Positions 1-9,701 of a stretch of DNA of 64,000 nucleotides are shown in pieces. Location of the stretch: NCBI GenBank assembly GCA_963674755.2, contig CAXXVS010000002.1:640001-704000 (forward strand), given 5' to 3'. The first letter of the stretch is position 1, and every line of letters starts with the position of its first letter. Below the pieces are notes generated by a model. The model saw nothing but the letters and a program-made list of their open reading frames with translations. It was not told the origin of the DNA and made no database searches. Both the position numbers and the translations under genes were made by a program. Origin of the DNA: Desulfobacterales bacterium. GTDB taxonomy: Bacteria > Desulfobacterota > Desulfobacteria > Desulfobacterales > UBA5852.

Positions 1-6
1 GGGCGG

Positions 7-22
7 TGGCACACGTTTTGCC
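7..22 (+). promoter_or_regulatory. sigma54 (-24/-12) promoter of the corrinoid operon
   Basis: TGGCACA-CGTT-TTGCC; GG at 8-9 and GC at 20-21 (N10 spacing), near consensus TGGCACG-N4-TTGCW; about 55 nt upstream of the first CDS. Confidence 0.8.
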
Positions 23-75
23 TTGAGCGATTGTAAGCATAGTTGCGCTAGGGCCAAATAGGTCGCGGAGGCAGG

Positions 76-1707
76 GTGGTGAAAGACGCTTTTTCGGAAA
101 TTGGCATACCGATCATTTTGATCCCTTCAAAAACGGCCCTTGAATGCCTTAGGGAAACCGGAGCGGATTATGCCACGCCCTGCGGCGGCAGGGGACAATG
201 TGGAAAATGTAAGGTTCGCGCCTCCGGAAAAGATTTTGCGCCCATTACCGAGGAAGAGCGGCGTTTTCTGACAGACGCCGAGATCAACGCGGGCGTCCGG
301 CTGGCTTGTTATCTGCGCGGCAATGGCCCCTGCCGGATTCACTTGCCGAAGGATATTGATGACAACCTTCCCGCCTGGAATACCGGCGCCACATCTTCGC
401 AGGATGCCGCCTTGCCCATGGCACCCAATGACGCCCAGGGTGGCCTGGGGGTCGCTGTCGACCTGGGCACGACCAAGGTGCACGCGGAGTTGGTCGACCT
501 GAGCGATGGCCGCGTTCTGGCCGGTGCCACCGAGCTGAACGCGCAGCGTATTTTCGGTGCCGATATCATGAGCCGGCTTAAGGCGGCCTGTGACGGAAAA
601 CAGGCGGCCTTGCAGCAGAGGATCGCCGACCAGTTGAACCGCATGACCCGCCGAGCGTGCCGGGACGCCGGAATTCACGGCGAAGCTATTCGTTCCGTCT
701 GCATCGTCGGCAACACCGCCATGACCCACCTCCTGGCCGACCTGCCGGTCAGCCAGCTTGCACACGCTCCCTATCTGCCCTTCACCGTGGACGCGATGTC
801 CCAACCGGCGTCCAAAGCAGGCCTGACCGCTTGTCCCGCGGCCGAGCTCTACCTTCCGCCGGCGGTGGGCGGTTTCATCGGATCGGACCACCTGGCCATG
901 ATCGCCGCCACCCGGATTGAGCGCCGCCGGGGGACCACCCTGGGAATCGACATCGGCACCAATACCGAAATCGTCCTCAAGAAGGCGGGTTCTGACGAAC
1001 TGCTTTCGATCTCCTGCCCCTCCGGACCCGCCTTCGAGGGAGGGGAGATTTCCTGCGGGATGCTCGCGACCCCCGGCGCCATCGTGGATCTGGAACAAGC
1101 GCCGGGCGGCTTCGTGGTCCGGACCATCGCCGACGTGCCGCCCCAAGGCATTTGCGGTTCGGGCATGTTGCGGGCGCTGCAGGTGTTTCATCAGATGGGG
1201 CTGGTCAGTCCATCCGGTCGGATCCAGGTTGTGCCGCCATATGTCAGGCAGAACGGCCATGGGCGCTACATCGTGCTGGCGCCGGAGGGACCCGGTGGGC
1301 GCGGGCTGGTCCTCACCCAGGACGATATCAATGCCCTCCTGCTGGCCAAAGCCGCCATTGCCGCCGGCATCTTCGCGCTGCTCGATCATGAATCCCTAAC
1401 GGTCGCTTCCATCGATCAGCTGATCCTGGCCGGCAGTTTCGGGACGCACATCGACATCGACGCGGCGGTCGCCATCGGCATGCTGCCGCCGCTGCTTACG
1501 GAGCGGTTCATCAAAGCGGGCAACGCTGCAGCGGCCGGAGCGCGCGGGATTCTAATGTCGGGCGAATACAAAACACGGGTCGAACAAATCGCAGGAAAGA
1601 CCCGCCATCTCGAACTGCAGGGGCAGCGGCTTTTCCGTAAGCTGTTCGCCAAGGCGTTTTACATACCGGGGCTCTTCAAGGGGTGTTCGGGCAATCAGGC
1701 CCCCTGA
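76..1707 (+). CDS. ASKHA-domain reductive activator of corrinoid proteins (RACo/DUF4445) with N-terminal 2Fe-2S ferredoxin domain
   Basis: CGGRGQCGKC...RLAC 2Fe-2S motif; ASKHA motifs DLGTT, DIGTN, GPAFEG, GICGSG, LAGSFG, GNAA; GGAGG RBS. Confidence 0.92.
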   Translation: MVKDAFSEIGIPIILIPSKTALECLRETGADYATPCGGRGQCGKCKVRASGKDFAPITEEERRFLTDAEINAGVRLACYLRGNGPCRIHLPKDIDDNLPAWNTGATSSQDAALPMAPNDAQGGLGVAVDLGTTKVHAELVDLSDGRVLAGATELNAQRIFGADIMSRLKAACDGKQAALQQRIADQLNRMTRRACRDAGIHGEAIRSVCIVGNTAMTHLLADLPVSQLAHAPYLPFTVDAMSQPASKAGLTACPAAELYLPPAVGGFIGSDHLAMIAATRIERRRGTTLGIDIGTNTEIVLKKAGSDELLSISCPSGPAFEGGEISCGMLATPGAIVDLEQAPGGFVVRTIADVPPQGICGSGMLRALQVFHQMGLVSPSGRIQVVPPYVRQNGHGRYIVLAPEGPGGRGLVLTQDDINALLLAKAAIAAGIFALLDHESLTVASIDQLILAGSFGTHIDIDAAVAIGMLPPLLTERFIKAGNAAAAGARGILMSGEYKTRVEQIAGKTRHLELQGQRLFRKLFAKAFYIPGLFKGCSGNQAP

Positions 1708-1744
1708 GATCCATTCCATAAGACCATCGCAGAGGAGGACGCAC

Positions 1745-3379
1745 ATGTTAGTCATTGGAGAAAAAATCAACGGCACCCGTAGCGAGGTGGCCCAGGCCAT
1801 CCAGGCGCGGGACAGCCAGATGATCCAGCATCTGGCGCTCAGCCAGGTAGCCGCCGGGGCGGGCTACCTTGACGTCAATGCCGGCACCCATCCCAAACAG
1901 GAGCCGGAGGACATGGTCTGGCTGATCAACACGATCCAGGACGTGGTGGACGTCCCCCTGTGCCTGGACAGTGCCAACCCCGAGGCCTTGAAAGCCGGCC
2001 TGGCCGCGGTCAACAAGCCCCCCATGATCAACTCGTTGAGCGGCGAAAAGGCCCGCATCGAAGGCGTGCTGCCCCTGGCCTGTGAACACAAGACCCGTCT
2101 GATCGTACTGGCCCTGGACGACAACGGCATTCCGAAAACCGTCGAGGACCGCGTGGCCATCGTCGAGCGGCTGGTCAAAATGACCCGCCAGGGCGGACTG
2201 CCCGACGACTACCTTTATGTGGACCCGCTGGTCATCACCATCGCCACCGACAACGCCAGCGGGCGGACGGCGTTCGAAACCATCCGCCGGATCAAGGCGC
2301 GCTATCCGGAAATTCATTTTACCTGCGGCCTGAGCAATATTTCATTCGGGCAGCCGTCCCGCACGCTCATCAACCAGGCGTTTGCCGCCCTGGCCATCCA
2401 GGCGGGCCTGGACAGCGCCATCGTCGATCCTGAGGAAAAGGGCCTGCGCAACATCATTTATTCCGCCGAATTGGTGCTGGGCCTGGACCCCCACTGCAAG
2501 AACTACAACAAGGCGCACCGCAACGGCCTGGTCGGCGCGCCGACGCAAAAGGCGGGCGAACCGGCCCCCGCTGCTTCCGACAGCCAATTGGTCGGGGCGC
2601 TCAAGGGCCTTGTGAGCGCCATGGCCTCTGCCGGCATTCTCGACTTGTCCGCCGCGCCCGCCAGCGACGCCGCCCCCGCCCTAACCGGGTCTATACCCGC
2701 CGCGCAAGCCGCCCCGTCCCAGGCCTCCGCCGATGACGACCGGATCAAGGGCATGATCGAGGCCATGGTGGCCATGGACGAGGAAAAGGTCGACGCCATG
2801 GTCAAGGAATGGCTGGACGACGGCAAGGATCCCCTGAGGCTGCTGGACGCTTCCCGCGACGCCATGGTGGAAGTCGGCCGGCTCTTCGACGCCAAGGAAT
2901 ACTTCGTTCCGGAACTTATCCTGGCCGGGGAAATCCTGAGCGCCATTTCCACCGCCGTCAAGCCCTACCTGAAATCCGATGCGGGTGATTCCGCAAAGAA
3001 GGGCAGGGTGATCATCGCCACGGTGGAGGGCGACATCCATGATATCGGCAAGGATATCGTGGTCACCATGCTGGATATCAACGGCTACGACGTCCTCGAT
3101 CTCGGGGTGGACGTGCCCGTGGCCAAGGTGGTCGAGGCCGCCAAGGAATTCAAACCCCAGGTCATCGGTCTCAGCGGGTTTCTGACCCTGGCCTATGACC
3201 CCATGAAATTCACCATTACCGCCGTCAAGGAAGCCATGGGCAACGGCATCCATTACATGATCGGCGGCGGTCAGATGGACGATGAAGTGGCCAAATATGT
3301 CGGCGCGGACGCCTTTGGCAAGGACGCCATGGAGGCGGTCAAACTTTGCGACAAATGGATTCTGGGAGGGAACGCGTAA
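1745..3379 (+). CDS. Fusion of pterin-binding (AcsE/MetH-like) methyltransferase and B12-binding corrinoid protein
   Basis: N-terminal IGEKING, LDVNAG, LCLDS, INS, DPL, GLSNISFG pterin-binding barrel; Ala/Pro-rich linker; cap motif F..KEYFVPEL; DIHDIGKDIV (DxHxxG), LG.DV, SGFL, IGGG. Confidence 0.92.
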   Translation: MLVIGEKINGTRSEVAQAIQARDSQMIQHLALSQVAAGAGYLDVNAGTHPKQEPEDMVWLINTIQDVVDVPLCLDSANPEALKAGLAAVNKPPMINSLSGEKARIEGVLPLACEHKTRLIVLALDDNGIPKTVEDRVAIVERLVKMTRQGGLPDDYLYVDPLVITIATDNASGRTAFETIRRIKARYPEIHFTCGLSNISFGQPSRTLINQAFAALAIQAGLDSAIVDPEEKGLRNIIYSAELVLGLDPHCKNYNKAHRNGLVGAPTQKAGEPAPAASDSQLVGALKGLVSAMASAGILDLSAAPASDAAPALTGSIPAAQAAPSQASADDDRIKGMIEAMVAMDEEKVDAMVKEWLDDGKDPLRLLDASRDAMVEVGRLFDAKEYFVPELILAGEILSAISTAVKPYLKSDAGDSAKKGRVIIATVEGDIHDIGKDIVVTMLDINGYDVLDLGVDVPVAKVVEAAKEFKPQVIGLSGFLTLAYDPMKFTITAVKEAMGNGIHYMIGGGQMDDEVAKYVGADAFGKDAMEAVKLCDKWILGGNA

Positions 3380-4638
3380 TGGAAAATACCGGCCAAACCA
3401 CCAAAACTCCGGAACAAACCGCGTACGAGCAGCGGGAAAAACGGATCATGGACGCCATTCAGCTCAAAAAGCCGGACCGCATCCCGGTCACGGCCATGTT
3501 CTCTTTCTTCCCGGCCCGTTACAAGGGCATTCCGATTCGCACGACCATGTATGACCCCGATGTGATGTTCGACACCTGGGTGGAGACGCTGACCGCGTTC
3601 GCGCCCGATCTCTCGGAAAACCCCTTTCCCATGCGCCATCTGGGCAATCTCCTGGAAACCTTCGATTTCAAGATGCTCAAATGGGCCGGTCACGGGCTGG
3701 GCGACGACGTCTCCTACCAGTTCGTCGACGAGGAGTATATGAAGGCGGACGAATACGACGCCTTCCTCTATGACATGACCGATTACATGATGCACAAGTT
3801 CTGGCCCCGGGTATTCGGTGCCCTGGCGCCCTGCGCGAACCTGCCGCATTTCCACGATGTCATGTGCTACTACTTCGGGACGTTTTACGCGGCGCCCCTG
3901 TTTACCGATGAAATGGTCGCCATGGGCAAGATGCTGCGCAAGGCCGCCGGCCACACCAACACCATTCTCTCCTATGCCGGGAAATTCAGCCAGACCATGG
4001 CCCAGAAAGGGTTTCCGGCCAATTACGGGGCCGCCACCCAGGTGCCCTTCGATACCCTGGGCGACTTTTTGCGCGGCACCAAGGGGCTTATGCTGGACAT
4101 GCGCCGCCGTCCGGAGAAAGTCCTGGCGGCGGTGGACAAACTGCTGCCCATCATGATCCGCCTCGGGGTGAGCGGCGCCCAACGCACCGGCAACCCCCGG
4201 GTCTTCATCCCGCTCCACAAGGGTGTGGAAAGCTTTATGTCCGATGCCCAGTACCAGAAATTCTACTGGCCGGGTTTCAAGGCGCTGCTGGACGGGCTCA
4301 TCGACGAAGGGCTTTACCCGTGTCCGTTGGTGGAAGGGGCTTACGACGCCCGGGTCAAGTATCTGGCCCAGGTCCCCTCCGGCAAGGTTTGCTACCACTT
4401 CGAGAATTTCAACGCCCCCCTGCTCAAGGAAGAACTGGCCCATGTGGCCTGCGTGCGCGGCGGCATGCCCCTGCGGATTCTCTCCACCGGGACGCCCGAC
4501 GACGTCAAGGCCCAGTTGGATAAGGTTTTGGCGGAAATGGAGGACGTCCCCGGTTTTATGGTGGATGCATCCACCGGCCTCGATGAGGCCAGGCCCGAAT
4601 GCGTGCGGGCCATGTTCGACTACATGCATCAATTGTGA
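3379..4638 (+). CDS. Uroporphyrinogen decarboxylase (UroD/MtaA/CmuA superfamily) methyltransferase-like protein
   Basis: KKPDRIPV N-terminus, PFD..GDFLRGTKGLMLDM, FMS..QY.KFYWP, GTPDDVK; ATG overlaps the upstream TAA (TAATG). Confidence 0.85.
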   Translation: MENTGQTTKTPEQTAYEQREKRIMDAIQLKKPDRIPVTAMFSFFPARYKGIPIRTTMYDPDVMFDTWVETLTAFAPDLSENPFPMRHLGNLLETFDFKMLKWAGHGLGDDVSYQFVDEEYMKADEYDAFLYDMTDYMMHKFWPRVFGALAPCANLPHFHDVMCYYFGTFYAAPLFTDEMVAMGKMLRKAAGHTNTILSYAGKFSQTMAQKGFPANYGAATQVPFDTLGDFLRGTKGLMLDMRRRPEKVLAAVDKLLPIMIRLGVSGAQRTGNPRVFIPLHKGVESFMSDAQYQKFYWPGFKALLDGLIDEGLYPCPLVEGAYDARVKYLAQVPSGKVCYHFENFNAPLLKEELAHVACVRGGMPLRILSTGTPDDVKAQLDKVLAEMEDVPGFMVDASTGLDEARPECVRAMFDYMHQL

Positions 4639-4791
4639 ATTCCGCCCACCGGCCGGGGCGGGTTCGTCACCCGTCCGGCGGCCGGTGGGGGGATGCCGGG
4701 ATGATTGGCTGGTTCCGCGCCAGCATACAATCCCGCCCGTTGCGCAACGGGCACCTGGAGAATTCATCCACTCATTTTAAAGGAGAGCGCA

Positions 4792-6054
4792 ATGAATCAA
4801 GTGATCGAAAACACCAATCGCTGGCGGTTCCTCATTACCGGTGTCGTGGTCTCACTGGTGCTGGGCATGATCTACGCCTGGTCCATTTTCACCCTGCCGT
4901 TGGAAAACGCGTTCGGCTGGACGCGGGCCCAGACGTCCCTGACCTTCTCCATCTCCATCATCACGCTGTCCGTCGGGATGATTTTCGGCGGCCGCATCAT
5001 CGAGAAAAAGGGCGTGCGGTCCGTGTCGGTGGCGGGCGCGCTCATGGTGGCGGCGGGCTTCTTCCTGGCCTCCACCACCACCACCCTGATGATGCTTTAC
5101 CTTTCCTACGGGGTCCTGGTGGGCCTCGGCGTGGGCGCCGTGTACATCGGCCATATTTCCACCGTGGCCCACTGGTTTCCGGACCGCAAGGGCTTCGCCA
5201 TGGGGATCCTCACCATGGGCTTCGGCATGGGGGGTCTCATCCTGGGCGGCATCGCCGGCTATCTGATTGAATCCATGGGGTGGATCACGGCCTTCCGCGC
5301 CCTGGCGCTGATCAGCCTGGTCATCTGTGTTACCGGCGGCCTGCTGGCCCGATTTCCCGCGGAGGGCTGGAAACCGGCCGGCCTGGTGGCGCCCCAGCCG
5401 GGAGCAGCGCCAGCCGCCGCCCTGATCAACTTCGACTGGAACGAGATGATCAAAACCAAGGAATGGTGGCAGTGGTGGTTCTGGGATCTGTTCCTGTGCG
5501 CCTCCGGCCTGATGGTCATCGGACACATTGTCCCCCTGGCGGTGGAAAAGGGCGTGGACAAGACTGAAGCCATTTTCGCCATGGGCATCCTGTCGGTCTC
5601 CAACGGCTGCGGGCGTCTGCTCTTCGGGGCGCTCTGGGACCGGTTCGGCAAACGGCTGGCCATGACCGGCTCGGGCCTGGTGATGGGCATCGCCCTCTTC
5701 GGCGTGGTTCTGCTGACGAGCGCCATCGGCCAGTACGGCCTGTATTTCGCGGTGATCCTCACGGGGCTGGCCTACGGCGGCCTGGTCCCCATCAACAACA
5801 CCTTTATCCTTGAATCCTACGGCCCCAAGCATTCCGGCATCAATATCGGATTGGGGTCCACCCCCTTGATCATCGCCGTTCTGGCCGGTCCCTACCTGGG
5901 CAGCTACATCAAGATGAACAGCGGCTACGACACCACCATGATGATCGGCGGCGCCGTGGCCCTGGTCAGTTTCGTGATCGCGTTTTTTATTGGTGATGTC
6001 CAGAAGCGTCTCGGCGGACGGGGCGCGATGGCCGCCGCGCCCGCAGGGCGCTGA
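4792..6054 (+). CDS. MFS transporter, OFA (oxalate/formate antiporter)-like
   Basis: About 12 hydrophobic segments; YAWSIF, WFPDRKGFAMG, NGCGRLLFGALWDRFG; AAGGAG RBS before ATG 4792. Confidence 0.88.
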   Translation: MNQVIENTNRWRFLITGVVVSLVLGMIYAWSIFTLPLENAFGWTRAQTSLTFSISIITLSVGMIFGGRIIEKKGVRSVSVAGALMVAAGFFLASTTTTLMMLYLSYGVLVGLGVGAVYIGHISTVAHWFPDRKGFAMGILTMGFGMGGLILGGIAGYLIESMGWITAFRALALISLVICVTGGLLARFPAEGWKPAGLVAPQPGAAPAAALINFDWNEMIKTKEWWQWWFWDLFLCASGLMVIGHIVPLAVEKGVDKTEAIFAMGILSVSNGCGRLLFGALWDRFGKRLAMTGSGLVMGIALFGVVLLTSAIGQYGLYFAVILTGLAYGGLVPINNTFILESYGPKHSGINIGLGSTPLIIAVLAGPYLGSYIKMNSGYDTTMMIGGAVALVSFVIAFFIGDVQKRLGGRGAMAAAPAGR

Positions 6055-6204
6055 ATGCGGTTAAGCCTTTAATCATGCTCCCCCGGAGAGCAACGTCCCC
6101 TCTGCCCCGTCCTTCCGTTCAAGTGCGCCGGGGCGTTGCTCTCTTCTTTTCCGATCTGGTGTTGCCTCGAAAGTTTCCTGCCGGCTCGAGGCGGCCCATC
6201 CCCA

Positions 6205-9200
6205 TCATGTCTGGCCCGATCCGATTCCCATGGAACCTTTTTTCTGAATGCCCAGCCGCTTTATTTTGGAGTACAGGGTTTGCGGATTCAAACCGAGAAG
6301 CGCGGCGGCACCGTTTTTACCGCTGACTTTGCCCCCGCATCTTGCGAGTGCTTTCATGATGTATTGGCGCTCCATCTCCCGGAATGACAGGAAGACGCGC
6401 TCCTCCTGGACAGGGTCCGTCGTCCGGTAATCGGGGAAGATCAGTTCTTTATCCTTGGAGGAGATGACCGCCCGTTCCACCGCGTGTTTCAGTTCCCGCA
6501 CGTTGCCGGGCCACTGGTAGTTCGCCAGGGCCCTCAGCGACCGCTTATTGATGTTCTTGTAGTTCGTGCCGAACTTCTTATTGAACTGACGAACGAAATG
6601 GGAAACCAGCAGGGGAATATCTTCCCGGCGTTCGCGCAGGGGCGGAACGACGATCGGGTAGACGTTCAGCCGGTAGTAAAGATCGGATCGGAAGGCGCCC
6701 TTTTCCACGGCGCGGTCCAGCGGCTGGTTGGATGCCGCGATAAGCCGGAAATTGAGGTTGATGCGGGTTGTGCCGCCGACGCGTTCGCATGACCTTTCTT
6801 CCAGCACCCGCAACAACTTGCGCTGAATGTCAAGCGACAGGGAATTCACCTCGTCCAGGAAAAGGGTGCCGTTGTTGGCCAGTTCGAAACGGCCCCGGTG
6901 GGCGCGCAACGCATTGGTGAAGGCGCCCTTTTCATGGCCGAACAATTCGCTGGGAATCAGGTTTTCACTCAGCGAGGCGATGCTGACCGGGATAAACGGT
7001 CCGGCCGTGCGGTCGCTCAACTGATGAATGGCCTTGGCGACCAGTTCTTTACCGACCCCTGTTTCACCAAGGATCAGGACGGTGGTGTCGAAGTGCGCCA
7101 CGTCATTGATCCTAGCGACCACGTCTTGGATGGCTTGCGAAGCGCCAACAATGTTCTTGATTTGGCGTGCATTGGATGGTTCGCCCCGGTAGAAGAGCGC
7201 CTCTGCTTCCAATTGATCCTTCAATTCGGCGATCTCCTCATAAGCCCCGACATTGTCGAGGGCCACGGCCACCAGGGTGGAAATCGCCCTGAGCAGGGAC
7301 AAGATCCGTTCGGATACCGCGAAACCGCCGAGGTTTCTTTCGAGTAGAAAAACCCCCAGGATGCTTCCCTGGAGCGTGACCGGGTAGGCGATCCGCCAAC
7401 TGGTATCACTGTTGCCGGCACCCAGGGCAGGGCTGCCCGATACCTTGGACTGGACCGTTTTCTTTCCGGTTTTCATGACGCGGATGACGGATGCCATGGC
7501 GCCGCTCTCAGTCTCCATTTGAAAGCGGTCCGGTTCGATGTTGCGGCTGGCGATCATTTCGATCCCACGACCATTCTTCGGCACGAAAAAGCCGCCCCTT
7601 TCCGCGCCGGTCATTCGCATGGTCAAGGAGATCATCTTGTTGAGCAGCTCCCGCCGGCTGCGGATGGTGCCCAGGGTTTCACTGATTTCGATCATGGGAT
7701 CGAGCAGGTAGCCCTGGTGATCCTGTTTGGCAACGAGCGGTCTGAATTCTTCGGGGAATAGCTTCTCATTGACAAAACGCATCACCCCCCAGGCTTGGCG
7801 CAGCAGTTTTTCGGCCTGCTCGCGTTGGCCTGCCGGCATGAGCAAGCGGGCCATAAAAACTTCGCTGAACGCCAGATCCAGCCGGGCCCCGGACTGGTCG
7901 AGCAGTTCCATGCTCCGACGCAGGTCTTCCCGGGCTTGCGCAAGCGGCCCATTTCGTTTGACGGTCCGCTTGGCGCGGTAGTAGTAGCCCACGCCCTGCA
8001 TATAGAGATCCGGCCAGTGGATGACCCGTTCCACCTCGGAATCATAGTTCATCTCCGGGTGAACGAAGCCCGCGTCCTCCAGGGCGTCCATGTAGTCGAA
8101 ATTGATAGGGCCGCGATGATGCAGCATGCCAAGGGATTTGGCGTTGGCGTACGCCTCCTGCTGCATCTTGAGGCTCTCCTCGTATTTCCCCTGGCAGCTG
8201 AGGGTGTAAGCTTTTGCGGCGCACAGGGACCATTTGAGGTAGGCGTCCAGTTTATCCTGGGGGATGGCCAGCAACTCATCGATGATGGGTTCCGCTTCCG
8301 CGTCCCGGCGCGCGTCGTGCAGGGTGTTGATGGCGCGAACCTTGGCGTAGGCTTCAAGGTGATCCAGCTTCAGATCGACGGCCTTCTCCATGACGAAATT
8401 GATCAGACCGATCCCCCGGTTGGTTTGTCCGCATTTGCCGTAAATCCAGCCGAGCTGGGCGCAGGCCCGGAGAGAAGGTTCGTCGGGCGGCAGGGCCTCC
8501 AAATTGCCCAGGACGTTTTCATACCGCTCGATGGCGTCGGTCAAACGGCCCCGCCAGAACAGGAAATCCGTGGAAGACAGTGCCACATGCCGGACCAGGT
8601 TCGGCGAGTTGGAGCGGAGCGCCTTGTTCCAGGCCTTGTCGAAGTTGTCCGCGGCCTGTTCATAATCACCGAGTCCCTGGTAAACCCGGCCGAGACCCGC
8701 CAAAATCATGACTTCCCGATTGGGGTTGTTGTTGGCGTCCAACAGGGCAAGCGCGCTCGTCAGAAGCCGTTCCTGATCCCGCAGCGGGATGGCGCCCCCC
8801 TGAAAAAAACACAGCCCGATCACGCCGTCGGAATAGACGCGGTGGGCGCCATGGACGTCGGGTCGGCCCGGGCCGGAATCCACAACGAGCCGGTAGTATG
8901 CGACCGCGTCGTCCGGCAGGTTTTCGCCCAGGCAATACTCCGCAGCGCGAATCAGCACGGCGGTGTCCTTGGGCTCGATTCCCGATGTCTGGTAAAGATA
9001 GGCCAGCGCCATCCATAGGGAAGGACCCTCCCTGTATTCCGATTCGAACACGGAGAGCAGCCGTTCCGCCATGACGGTGGTTGTTTTTCTGCCAGACCAG
9101 CGCAGGATGTCGGGAATGGTTTCGGGATCGCGATAATGGTAATGTCCGATCCCAAGAGGGGCATAGACCTTCATGATTTTGGAATGAATCAACTGGTCGG

Positions 9201-9369
9201 CCAGTTGAAGGACCTTCACCGAGGGCGTTCCGGCCCCTTTGGCCCAGAGGTCGAGGGAGATCGGCGGAGGGATGAGGGCGGCGGCCAGGGCCAGGGCCTG
9301 CTCCTCAGGCGTCAACCGCTTCCAAGTCGTTGCACTGAATTTCAAAGGCGCTTCCTTCTTGTTGCTCAC
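6205..9369 (-). CDS. Large sigma54-dependent enhancer-binding protein (helical/TPR-like N-terminus, GAF, AAA+, Fis-HTH)
   Basis: [70 protein letters not shown]. Confidence 0.93.
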   Translation of the reverse strand: MSNKKEAPLKFSATTWKRLTPEEQALALAAALIPPPISLDLWAKGAGTPSVKVLQLADQLIHSKIMKVYAPLGIGHYHYRDPETIPDILRWSGRKTTTVMAERLLSVFESEYREGPSLWMALAYLYQTSGIEPKDTAVLIRAAEYCLGENLPDDAVAYYRLVVDSGPGRPDVHGAHRVYSDGVIGLCFFQGGAIPLRDQERLLTSALALLDANNNPNREVMILAGLGRVYQGLGDYEQAADNFDKAWNKALRSNSPNLVRHVALSSTDFLFWRGRLTDAIERYENVLGNLEALPPDEPSLRACAQLGWIYGKCGQTNRGIGLINFVMEKAVDLKLDHLEAYAKVRAINTLHDARRDAEAEPIIDELLAIPQDKLDAYLKWSLCAAKAYTLSCQGKYEESLKMQQEAYANAKSLGMLHHRGPINFDYMDALEDAGFVHPEMNYDSEVERVIHWPDLYMQGVGYYYRAKRTVKRNGPLAQAREDLRRSMELLDQSGARLDLAFSEVFMARLLMPAGQREQAEKLLRQAWGVMRFVNEKLFPEEFRPLVAKQDHQGYLLDPMIEISETLGTIRSRRELLNKMISLTMRMTGAERGGFFVPKNGRGIEMIASRNIEPDRFQMETESGAMASVIRVMKTGKKTVQSKVSGSPALGAGNSDTSWRIAYPVTLQGSILGVFLLERNLGGFAVSERILSLLRAISTLVAVALDNVGAYEEIAELKDQLEAEALFYRGEPSNARQIKNIVGASQAIQDVVARINDVAHFDTTVLILGETGVGKELVAKAIHQLSDRTAGPFIPVSIASLSENLIPSELFGHEKGAFTNALRAHRGRFELANNGTLFLDEVNSLSLDIQRKLLRVLEERSCERVGGTTRINLNFRLIAASNQPLDRAVEKGAFRSDLYYRLNVYPIVVPPLRERREDIPLLVSHFVRQFNKKFGTNYKNINKRSLRALANYQWPGNVRELKHAVERAVISSKDKELIFPDYRTTDPVQEERVFLSFREMERQYIMKALARCGGKVSGKNGAAALLGLNPQTLYSKIKRLGIQKKGSMGIGSGQT

Positions 9370-9612
9370 GCGCGGGTTGGACCACGATTCTTTGGAACCG
9401 GGCCATGTGGATTTATAAAATTATGTAATATAATAATTATTTTTACAATCATTCAAGCCTGCTCACCCGAATTGTTCGTCCCTGGCATCGTTCCCGAACT
9501 TGTCAGAAGCGCTCCGGGTATTGCTGGCATCGATTTAACTATTTGAAATTGAATGATTATTATAAAAATGCCACCGGCCTGGATTCCGGAAAAGACAAAT
9601 AACCGCCGCAGC

Positions 9613-9628
9613 TGGCACGCAGGTTGCC
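9613..9628 (+). promoter_or_regulatory. sigma54 (-24/-12) promoter of the DUF1638 gene
   Basis: TGGCACG-CAGG-TTGCC, GG-N10-GC, near-perfect consensus; about 75 nt upstream of ATG 9702. Confidence 0.85.
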
Positions 9629-9701
9629 ATCATTGGAAGGCGATGGTCGGAAACTTCAGGTATGGGGGGGCAAGCCCCCTTGGAAAAACATGGGACCCAC
9701 A

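Noticed and set aside
1745..3379. hgcA mercury methylase or CFeSP subunit
   Set aside because: Has DxHxxG His-on B12 binding, no NVWCAAGK motif and no TM region
1745..4638. Pyrrolysine or selenocysteine readthrough in the methyltransferase genes
   Set aside because: ORFs are full length with no in-frame TAG/TGA, and there is no MttB-type gene
127..4767. Long antisense ORFs (127-1389, 3271-4767) and similar ones elsewhere (7795-9018, 30260-31501, 34860-36062, 42857-44146)
   Set aside because: Shadow frames of well-supported genes in GC-rich DNA, with no recognisable motifs
4639..4791. Possible cobalamin riboswitch in the corrinoid operon
   Set aside because: No B12-box or other conserved cobalamin riboswitch motifs seen; only generic hairpins
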